A DNA stretch of 64,000 bases, taken from the NCBI GenBank assembly GCA_002399235.1, contig DHDH01000016.1, positions 2,101 to 66,100 on the forward strand, in the 5' to 3' direction. The position numbers and the translations under genes were made by a program. The DNA comes from Firmicutes bacterium UBA4881. GTDB taxonomy: Bacteria > Bacillota > DTU065. Position 1 is the first letter of the stretch. Each line of letters begins with the position of its first letter. The notes beneath the pieces were generated by a model. It saw only the letters and a list, made by a program, of their open reading frames with translations. It had not been told where the DNA came from and did not search any database. Positions 56,727-64,000 of this stretch are shown here, piece after piece.

Positions 56727-58499
56727 ATGATTAGAGTGCTAGACCATGACACAGCTAATAAGATAGCTGCTGGTGAAGTTGTTGAAAGACCAGCTTCTGT
56801 TGTCAAAGAGCTAATCGAAAACTCACTTGATGCTGGTTCTTCCGAAATATCTGTAGAGATCTTAAATGGGGGTACTTCATTTATTAGAGTAAGAGATAAT
56901 GGCTCTGGCATTAAAAAAGAAGAATTACCCTTAGCCTTAGAACGTCACGCAACCAGCAAAATTAGTTCTGCTAAGGATCTTCTAGCTATTGGAACTCTAG
57001 GTTTTCGAGGCGAAGCACTACCTTCTATTGCCGCTGTTTCTAGATTTAAATTGTCTAGCTGTGTAGATGGTGAAATAGGTAGTATGGTTGAGGTAGAAGG
57101 GGGAGAATTTATAGAGCAAACCCCTAAAGCTTTAGCTAAGGGTACAATAATCGAAGTGACGGATCTATTTTATAATGTACCAGCTAGGAGAAAATTCCTG
57201 AGGACAGAAAATACCGAAAGCGGCCGTATCCTTAGATATTTAGAAGCTATGGCTATCGCCAGACCAGATGTAGCATTTACCTTTATATCAAATGGTAAGA
57301 AGCTTATAGAAACTCAAGGGACAGGGTCGATGTTATTAGCTATTAAATCTGTATATGGTACTAATTTAGCTGAAGATCTCTTACCGGTCGACCATTCTTT
57401 AGGTACTTACGAGATAAGTGGTTTTGTCGGGAAACCAGATATTGCTCGTGGTCGCAGAGATCTACAAATTTTTATCATTAACCAACGTTTAGTCGAATGC
57501 AAAACAGCGCAAGTTGCCTTAGAAAAAGCTTTCGGTGATGTTATACCCAAAGGACGGTACCCGATTGCTTTTTTAGAGTACAAGATTCCAACAGATGATC
57601 TCGATGTTAATGTACATCCAGCAAAACTTTTAGTGCGTTTAGCTAGTGAAAGTCAAGTTTTCTCTTTAACTTATAAAGCAGTGCGTACAGCAGTAGATAC
57701 GCGTCTTTTAGAACCAGCAAGTTTTATGGAGCCGTATGGAACAAAACAGATGCATCACCGTGCTCCAGATAATATATCCTCTCCAGAACAAGGAACCATC
57801 GAATGGGTTAGTAATAGAGAGAAAGAAGAGATGCCTTTTACTAGAGAAAGTCCCCCTAGAGAGCCTTTGGTGAGAGAATATTCAAACGAGAATTTTTCTG
57901 CTGGAGAAGCAGCAATTGTTAGAGAAGAACCATATCAATATAACAATCTTTATCCTAAAATTCTCGGACAGGTTAATAAAACATACATTATGGCTGAGTG
58001 GGAAGACTGCTTAATTTTGTACGATCAACATTCAGCGCATGAGCGGATTCTCTACGAAAAATATCTGATAGCAAAAGAAAATATGCCCCAAACTGAACTC
58101 CTGTTCCCTTTACCTTTAAAACTAACCCCAGAAGAATTCGCTACCTTGGATCGCATAAAACCGGAGCTCGAACTTTTAGGATTCGAACTGACTGAGTTTG
58201 GCCCAGCTACTTTAGCAATAACCCATGTGCCTATTGATGTAAGAGGGACAGAAGCTGAAGATATCATTAAAGAGTTGCTTTTAGAAAAACCAGGACCTCA
58301 GTTTAGGGAAAAAGCTGCAGCAGTTTTAGCCTGCAAAGGAGCAGTTAAAGCAGGGGATTTACTAGATGAAAAAGAAATGCGGACCTTAATTAAGGAGTTA
58401 AATAGTTGTCTAAGCCCAGCTTTATGCCCACATGGCAGACCAACGATGTTGAAATTGGATTGGTTAGAGCTAGAGAAACGTTTTGGTCGTAACAGGTAA
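56727..58499 (+). CDS. mutL: DNA mismatch repair protein MutL
   Basis: GHKL ATPase N-terminus (ELIENSLDAGS) and a C-terminal dimerisation/endonuclease domain (QHSAHERILYE). Confidence 0.9.
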   Translation: MIRVLDHDTANKIAAGEVVERPASVVKELIENSLDAGSSEISVEILNGGTSFIRVRDNGSGIKKEELPLALERHATSKISSAKDLLAIGTLGFRGEALPSIAAVSRFKLSSCVDGEIGSMVEVEGGEFIEQTPKALAKGTIIEVTDLFYNVPARRKFLRTENTESGRILRYLEAMAIARPDVAFTFISNGKKLIETQGTGSMLLAIKSVYGTNLAEDLLPVDHSLGTYEISGFVGKPDIARGRRDLQIFIINQRLVECKTAQVALEKAFGDVIPKGRYPIAFLEYKIPTDDLDVNVHPAKLLVRLASESQVFSLTYKAVRTAVDTRLLEPASFMEPYGTKQMHHRAPDNISSPEQGTIEWVSNREKEEMPFTRESPPREPLVREYSNENFSAGEAAIVREEPYQYNNLYPKILGQVNKTYIMAEWEDCLILYDQHSAHERILYEKYLIAKENMPQTELLFPLPLKLTPEEFATLDRIKPELELLGFELTEFGPATLAITHVPIDVRGTEAEDIIKELLLEKPGPQFREKAAAVLACKGAVKAGDLLDEKEMRTLIKELNSCLSPALCPHGRPTMLKLDWLELEKRFGRNR

Positions 58500-58537
58500 A
58501 GGTAAACAGAACTAAAAAGAGAAATGGAGGGGAGACA

Positions 58538-59494
58538 ATGACTGCTGCCATTATCGCCATAGTAGGACCAACAGCTTCGGGTAAAACGGATTTGAGTCTT
58601 TTTCTAGCAACAGAATTAAACGGCGAGATAGTTTCGGCAGATTCAATGCAGATCTATCGTGGACTAGATATAGGCACAGCCAAAATCGAACCGGAAAAGA
58701 GGAGCGTTCCTCATTATCTAATCGATATCATTGAACCCCATGAACAGTTTAGCGTTGCCGATTATAAACAGTTGGCTGATGAAACTATCACTAATATTAT
58801 AAAACGAGGTAAAAGGCCTATTTTTGTTGGTGGAACAGGACTTTATCTGCAATCTGTTTTGGATGGTCTTCTTTTTCCAGAGCCTGCTAAAGATGAAATA
58901 TTAAGACGTCGGCTCTTAGATGAAGCCGCTGAATTGGGTAATGAATATATGTATCGCCGTTTATTAAGTTGTGATGAAGATTCAGCAAGGAAAATCCATC
59001 CTAATGATATAAGAAGAATCGTAAGAGCATTAGAAGTGTATATAAAGACCGGAACACCTCTATCGAAACTTCAAAAAGAATACAGAGAGTTAGCTCCTCG
59101 TTACAAAACTATCTGGATTGGCATCACTGCTAATCGAGAACGTCTCTATAAGCGAATTGACGAACGTGTAGATCAAATGATAGCAGCCGGCCTTTTAGAT
59201 GAAGTAACTAATTTGTATAAAAAAGGATTAGCTCCTGATTCTACAGCTTATCAAGCTTTAGGTTATAAAGAAATGATCTGGTATTTGCAAGGGTTAGTGA
59301 CATTAGATGAAGCTATAAGGATTCTTAAACGAGACACCAGACATTATGCTAAACGACAATTATCATGGTTTCGTCGAGATAAGCGAATTAAGTGGTTCGA
59401 TTATGATGATTATGTGGATACAATCGCACTTTACCAAGCGGTTTTAGAACATATTAAAAAGACAGATTTAGTTGGCTTAGAGGAGCCTCAGTAA
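58538..59494 (+). CDS. miaA: tRNA dimethylallyltransferase MiaA
   Basis: P-loop GPTASGKT and the DSMQIYRGLDIGTAK motif. Confidence 0.9.
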   Translation: MTAAIIAIVGPTASGKTDLSLFLATELNGEIVSADSMQIYRGLDIGTAKIEPEKRSVPHYLIDIIEPHEQFSVADYKQLADETITNIIKRGKRPIFVGGTGLYLQSVLDGLLFPEPAKDEILRRRLLDEAAELGNEYMYRRLLSCDEDSARKIHPNDIRRIVRALEVYIKTGTPLSKLQKEYRELAPRYKTIWIGITANRERLYKRIDERVDQMIAAGLLDEVTNLYKKGLAPDSTAYQALGYKEMIWYLQGLVTLDEAIRILKRDTRHYAKRQLSWFRRDKRIKWFDYDDYVDTIALYQAVLEHIKKTDLVGLEEPQ

Positions 59495-59512
59495 CAACTG
59501 GGGCTTTTTTTA
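59483..59512 (+). terminator. terminator-like hairpin after miaA (AGCCTCAG taacaa CTGGGGCT TTTTTTT)
   Basis: 8-bp stem with one G-U pair, then a T7 run. Confidence 0.45.
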
Positions 59513-59563
59513 GTGGCAGTCTTGTGTCCTAGACCATACTTTAGTCCTAAGGAGGGATTTGCG

Positions 59564-60430
59564 GTGATTTCATGGGTTAATGGATCTCCTTGGGATGGTC
59601 AATTAGTTTATTTATCAACAAATAAGAATAACACTTGTACAAGCGATTTATTAGCAAATCCTTGGCTGGAGTTAGAAAGTCTAGTTGGATTGAAAAATGT
59701 AATAAGTGAGCTAAAAAAGATCACAGCTTATGCAACTATCAGCAATAAACGTAAATTATTGGGTTTAAAAGCTGAAGAGTTAAGTTTGAATATGGCCTTT
59801 GTTGGCAATCCTGGTACAGGTAAGACCACTGTTGCTCGGATTGTGGGGAAGCTTCTAAACCATGTGGGCATTCTCTCAAGAGGACAGCTTGTAGAGGTGG
59901 AACGAGCAGATTTAGTAGGCGAATATGTAGGCCATACAGCTAAGAGAACGAAAGAAGCGATCAATAGAGCTTTAGGTGGGGTTCTTTTTATTGACGAAGC
60001 CTATTCGTTAGCCCGTGGTGGTGAAAAAGATTTTGGGCGTGAAGCACTTGATGTCTTGGTTAAAGGGATGGAAGACCATAGGCAGGATCTAATTGTTATT
60101 GTGGCAGGTTATCCCAAAGAAATGGCTAATTTTCTTAAATTAAACCCTGGTTTGATTTCGCGGATGCCTATAATTATAGAATTTCCCGATTATACAGAAG
60201 ATGAGTTAATGGAGATTGCTTTGCGTTTTACAGCTCAAAGAGAATATCGCCTTTCTCCTAAGGCAGTTGAGATACTACGGCAAAAGTTAAAAGATTTAAA
60301 AGGAAATGGACGCGATGTTAGGAATATTTTAGAACGGGCTATGCGTTCTCAAGCGTTAAGACTAGAAGGTTTAGAAAGAATAAGAAGAGAAGACTTAATG
60401 GTTTTAACAGCTGAAGATTTACAATTTTAA
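59564..60430 (+). CDS. spoVK: SpoVK-like AAA+ ATPase (stage V sporulation protein K family)
   Basis: Walker A GNPGTGKTT, Walker B LFIDEAYSL and sensor motifs. GTG start at 59564 after strong RBS AAGGAGGG preferred over the ORF-track GTG 59513, which sits inside the terminator T-run. Confidence 0.6.
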   Translation: MISWVNGSPWDGQLVYLSTNKNNTCTSDLLANPWLELESLVGLKNVISELKKITAYATISNKRKLLGLKAEELSLNMAFVGNPGTGKTTVARIVGKLLNHVGILSRGQLVEVERADLVGEYVGHTAKRTKEAINRALGGVLFIDEAYSLARGGEKDFGREALDVLVKGMEDHRQDLIVIVAGYPKEMANFLKLNPGLISRMPIIIEFPDYTEDELMEIALRFTAQREYRLSPKAVEILRQKLKDLKGNGRDVRNILERAMRSQALRLEGLERIRREDLMVLTAEDLQF

Positions 60431-60528
60431 GGTTTCTAAAATGCCTTGAGTAAGTTGGAAACAAGGTTTACTATTATAAAGGTACCCACAAGCGAACTGG
60501 AATATGGTATCATCGTAGGAGGTTTACT

Positions 60529-61770
60529 ATGTACTACTCATTAGGAATAGATGAAAAACTGCTTCAAGAAGTAAAAGATGCAGAAACTAGTCTTGCCCCT
60601 GTTTTTTCTCATTTTGAGAGTATTTGTGAATATTGGAGTGTCCGTATTTTAAACGCTTTTAGAGAAGCTCATGTCAGTGAATACAGTTTCTTTTCTAGTT
60701 GTGGTTATGGTTATAACGATGATGGCCGCAGTGCTGTAGAAGATGTTTATAGTAAAGTTTTTGGCACAGAAAAAGCTTTGGTGCGGCCTCAAATGGTCTC
60801 TGGTACACATGCTATAACTCTAGGCTTAAGAGGTGTTTTAAGGCCAGGAGATAGAGTTGTTTTAGCCACAGGTTTGCCCTATGATACTATGCAAACTGTA
60901 ATGGGCTTAAGTGGTAATTCACCTTCAGCGTTAAATTTATATAATATTGATTTCGACGTTCTGCCCTTAAAGGATAACCACATTGATTTAGAAGGTTTGA
61001 AGGACAAGCTGTCAAAGCCAGCTAAAATGGTTTATTTCCAGCGTTCAAGAGGTTATAGCGACAGACCTTCCTTTACAGTTGATGCATTAAAAGAAATTAT
61101 TGATTTCGTGCATGCAAATAGTGCTGCTATTTGTTATGTAGATAACTGTTATGGCGAATTTGTAGAAGAAAGTGAACCAACTTTAGTAGGTGCAGATTTG
61201 GCTGCTGGCTCTTTAATTAAAAACCCTGGTGGTGGTTTAGCTCAATCAGGTGGTTATTTGGTTGGTAAAGCTGATTTAGTAGAACTAGCTGCAGAAGCCT
61301 TAACAGCACCAGGATTAGGTTCGGAAGTAGGAGCAACTCTTAATCAGACGAAGCTAGTGTTACAAGGATTGTATCAAGCTCCGATTATGGTCCTACAAGC
61401 CATGAAATCAGCTGCACTTTTTGCTACTGTTTTGCATAAAAGAGGATATTGGGTCTCACCAAAACCAGATGAAAAGCGTACTGATACCGTTCAACTTTTA
61501 GGCTTTAATCAAAAAGAGGATTTGATTCATTTTTGCCAAGCCATCCAACACAGTTCGCCAATTGATAGTTTTGTAACTCCTGAGCCAGCGCCAATGCCAG
61601 GATATGAAAACGAAGTTATTATGGCTGCTGGTACCTTTGTACAGGGGGCAACATCAGAACTAAGTGCTGATGCACCTCTAAGAGAGCCCTATCGGGCGTA
61701 TTTGCAAGGATCCTTGAATTATTATCAGTCTAAACTGGCTTTACTCGAGTTTTTGCGTAAATTTGCTTGA
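60529..61770 (+). CDS. YnbB/aluminium-resistance-family PLP-dependent enzyme (Cys/Met metabolism, methionine gamma-lyase-like)
   Basis: 413-aa fold-type I PLP enzyme signature. RBS AGGAGG. Confidence 0.7.
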   Translation: MYYSLGIDEKLLQEVKDAETSLAPVFSHFESICEYWSVRILNAFREAHVSEYSFFSSCGYGYNDDGRSAVEDVYSKVFGTEKALVRPQMVSGTHAITLGLRGVLRPGDRVVLATGLPYDTMQTVMGLSGNSPSALNLYNIDFDVLPLKDNHIDLEGLKDKLSKPAKMVYFQRSRGYSDRPSFTVDALKEIIDFVHANSAAICYVDNCYGEFVEESEPTLVGADLAAGSLIKNPGGGLAQSGGYLVGKADLVELAAEALTAPGLGSEVGATLNQTKLVLQGLYQAPIMVLQAMKSAALFATVLHKRGYWVSPKPDEKRTDTVQLLGFNQKEDLIHFCQAIQHSSPIDSFVTPEPAPMPGYENEVIMAAGTFVQGATSELSADAPLREPYRAYLQGSLNYYQSKLALLEFLRKFA

Positions 61771-61864
61771 CTTGTACGCTTAAACTTGCGTATAATTAAT
61801 TCGGTTATTAATATGGGTCTCTAAGCAAAATTAGCCTAGAGAAGCAAACAAGGAGGGAGATAAG

Positions 61865-62254
61865 TTGACCCAGGCTTTGGGTAGACACATTCTTTGTGAG
61901 GCATATGGATGTGACAAAGAAATACTAAATGATGTTCGCCATGTGGAGAAGATCATGGTAGCTGCAGCTTTAGCAGCTGGTGCTGAAGTACGAGAGGTTG
62001 CCTTTCATCACTTTAGCCCTCAAGGCGTTAGTGGAGTTGTGGTTATCTCAGAATCGCACTTAGCGATTCATACCTGGCCTGAGTTTGGTTATGCAGCAAT
62101 TGACGTTTTTACCTGTGGTGATACAGTCGATCCCTGGGTAGCATGTGATTATCTCTTGGAGAAATTTGGTGCGCAAAATGTTCAATCCTCAGAAGTTCAG
62201 CGCGGTATACTTCCGCCTGACCTTATGAAATTAAACGAGGAAAGGGTATCATAG
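61865..62254 (+). CDS. speD: S-adenosylmethionine decarboxylase proenzyme (class 1A, SpeH/SpeD; TTG start)
   Basis: 129 aa with the autoprocessing ES motif ([16 protein letters not shown]). RBS AAGGAGGGAG. Confidence 0.8.
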   Translation: MTQALGRHILCEAYGCDKEILNDVRHVEKIMVAAALAAGAEVREVAFHHFSPQGVSGVVVISESHLAIHTWPEFGYAAIDVFTCGDTVDPWVACDYLLEKFGAQNVQSSEVQRGILPPDLMKLNEERVS

Positions 62255-62271
62255 TTATGTTACCTCATAGG

Positions 62272-62323
62272 TAGCCTATTCCCGTTTCGCAGAATGGAGT
62301 TGCGGACGGGGTAGGCTTTTTTT
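62272..62323 (+). terminator. intrinsic terminator after speD (AGCCTAyyCCG...CGGACGGGGTAGGCT TTTTTTT)
   Basis: Long imperfect GC-rich hairpin plus T7. Confidence 0.5.
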
Positions 62324-62627
62324 GTACGCATTATTATTTTCCACTGAAAGTAATTGATAAGCTCTAGAATATAGATAAAATCTACTTATGAATATAACCA
62401 AGAGGATGTTGTTTGATTATACTTTAGCTCTTACATATTAGATAAAGAAGGTTAAATTCAGTAAAGGCCTTAATAATTCCAATAAAATTATTAAATCCTT
62501 TTTAAACGATGATTTTTTAAAAACTATTTATGAAGAAAAGAGAGTTATAGCAGGCAATAGAACTTTTAAATAGAATAGATCAATTAAATGGTTCGTTACA
62601 ACTGGATTGTTTTGTAGGGGGAGAAAG

Positions 62628-63701
62628 ATGAGAGATTCATTACAACTATTAGAAGATTTAAGTAATGCACCTGGAGTGTCAGGTTTTGAGGGCGATGTCC
62701 AAGATATTCTCCGCGATGAACTAGTGGATTTAGCAGCAGAAATTGTTACAGACAACCTAGGTTCTTTGATCGCTAAAGATGGAACCGAAGGCCCTAAGAT
62801 TATGGTTGCTGGCCACATGGACGAGATTGGCTTTATGGTACGTCTGATTACCAAAGAAGGATTTATTCGTTTTTCTGCTTTAGGTGGTTGGTGGGAGCAG
62901 GTGCTTCTCAGCCAAAGAGTGGCAGTTTATGGTAGTAAAGGGCCTGTGATCGGCATAATTGGGTCCAAACCACCACATATTTTAACTGCTGAAGAAAGAA
63001 AAAAACCAGTTGAGAAACAAGAAATGTTTATCGATGTTGGTGCTTTTTCCGACGAAGAAGTAGAAGAAATGGGCATTAAGCCAGGGGATCCGATTGTACC
63101 TGTTAGCCCATTTACCTGTATGGGTAACGAGGATATGTACATCGGTAAAGCATTGGATAATCGTGTTGGCTGTGCTATCTCTGTAGAAACATTAAAAATA
63201 CTAAAAAACGAAGGCCACCCAAACCAACTTTATATAGTTGGTACTGTACAAGAAGAAGTGGGGTTAAGAGGTGCACAAACAGCTGGAACTAAAGTAGCAC
63301 CTGACATAGCTTTAGCCTTTGAAGTAGCTATTGCGGGAGATACACCAGGAGTAGATGAGAATAAGGCTCAAGCTAAGCTAGGGAAAGGTCCAGTAATTTT
63401 CCTTCTTGATCGTTCTTTAATACCAAACCTAAGACTCAGAGATTTAGCATTTTCAACTGCCAAGGAGCTAGGTATTGATTACCAAGTCGATATAATGGAA
63501 GGTGGCAGCACTGATGCGGGTAGAATTAGTTTAGTTCATGCCGGAGTACCTTCCCTGTGTATTGGTGTACCAGTAAGATATATTCATAGTCATACTGGAG
63601 TTATTAATATTCAGGATTATTATAAGGCCATTGAGCTAACCTCTGCGATTGTACGTAAACTTGATGCAGAGACTGTGGCCTCAATAAAAAGAGTCTGGTG
63701 A
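62628..63701 (+). CDS. M42 family metallopeptidase (glutamyl aminopeptidase/YsdC-like)
   Basis: Di-zinc ligand pattern (HMDEIG, D...EE...H). ATG 62628 after RBS GGGGGAGAAAG preferred over 62607. Confidence 0.8.
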   Translation: MRDSLQLLEDLSNAPGVSGFEGDVQDILRDELVDLAAEIVTDNLGSLIAKDGTEGPKIMVAGHMDEIGFMVRLITKEGFIRFSALGGWWEQVLLSQRVAVYGSKGPVIGIIGSKPPHILTAEERKKPVEKQEMFIDVGAFSDEEVEEMGIKPGDPIVPVSPFTCMGNEDMYIGKALDNRVGCAISVETLKILKNEGHPNQLYIVGTVQEEVGLRGAQTAGTKVAPDIALAFEVAIAGDTPGVDENKAQAKLGKGPVIFLLDRSLIPNLRLRDLAFSTAKELGIDYQVDIMEGGSTDAGRISLVHAGVPSLCIGVPVRYIHSHTGVINIQDYYKAIELTSAIVRKLDAETVASIKRVW

Positions 63702-63836
63702 ACCTTAATTTAACTAATTAAAAAAATCATAATATCTATTACACTTATTATCTGAAAACTGCAGAAACGAACCCCTAGATCGCATGGAAAAATGTTAAAT
63801 GCTTGGATTCCAGACGGGTAAAAGAGGGGTGTAGAG

Positions 63837-64000
63837 ATGGCAACCTTGCTGCATGTAGCAAAAAAGCAGGGCAAGAACCCTCGCTACGACGGCATTACAG
63901 ATGAAGAGTTGGTAAAACAAGCTCAAAGTGGGGATAAAGAGGCCGAGGAATATTTGATTCGCAAGTATGAACGAATGGTCCAGCTCTGGAGTAAACCATA
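63837..64000 (+). CDS. sigma-70-family sigma factor (SigH-like), 5' fragment running off the window
   Basis: N-terminal 54 aa (…DEELVKQAQSGDKEAEEYLIRKYERMVQ…) resemble region 1.2/2 of SigH-like factors. RBS AGAGGGGTG. Confidence 0.5.
   Translation, partial: MATLLHVAKKQGKNPRYDGITDEELVKQAQSGDKEAEEYLIRKYERMVQLWSKP

Overview
This 64-kb window is a low-GC, Firmicutes-type chromosomal segment with a PolC-type replicase, a sigF sporulation operon and Shine-Dalgarno-rich ribosome-binding sites (RBS; the 16S-complementary AGGAGG element ahead of start codons). I found no rRNA, tRNA or CRISPR. The conserved core runs polC (3' half), then rimP-nusA-ylxR-L7Ae-infB-rbfA-nrnA-truB-ribF, then rpsO-pnp. It continues with a DUF3866-like / endonuclease-Q-like pair, spoIIM-xerD-deoB, a convergent orphan solute-binding protein (SBP) and an MsbA-like ABC exporter, and the dacF-spoIIAA-spoIIAB-sigF sporulation operon. 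An accessory block (about 23.8-51.2 kb) follows. It holds a PHP hydrolase, a GNAT acetyltransferase, a DUF4127-like secreted protein and two Ompalpha-like proteins (signal peptide, S-layer homology (SLH) domain, long coiled coil, C-terminal membrane anchor). It also holds an Orn/Lys/Arg decarboxylase, an IS3-like transposase relic, a tight exbB-exbD-tonB-like operon extended by a large CARDB/cohesin-like secreted protein and the second Ompalpha-like gene, an MFS symporter and a HAD hydrolase. Further along are a Dam-family methylase and a Mor/CD3324-like gene set between terminators, a thioredoxin-domain protein, and an iron cluster. The iron cluster comprises a ferritin-like protein, a small secreted protein, a DtxR/MntR-family regulator, a PNPOx flavoprotein and feoAB with a perfect palindrome in its promoter. 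The block ends with DUF4855, DegV and GDSL-hydrolase genes. After a 1.24-kb AT-rich noncoding gap the core resumes with miaB, an unknown 118-aa gene, mutS, mutL and miaA, a spoVK-like AAA ATPase (hfq is absent here), and a ynbB-like PLP enzyme. It ends with speD, an M42 peptidase and the 5' end of a sigma-70-family gene. The TonB/ExbBD system, SLH-anchored Ompalpha-like proteins and an SBP without a lipobox cysteine, alongside sporulation genes, point to an outer-membrane-bearing (diderm) endospore former of the Halanaerobiales/Negativicutes type. The most interesting candidate is the five-gene ExbB-ExbD-TonB/TolA-like, secreted beta-rich protein, SLH-coiled-coil-membrane-anchor operon (29.8-34.9 kb), which is architecturally analogous to Tol-Pal. 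All calls come from reading the sequence and ORF track; no database searches were run.
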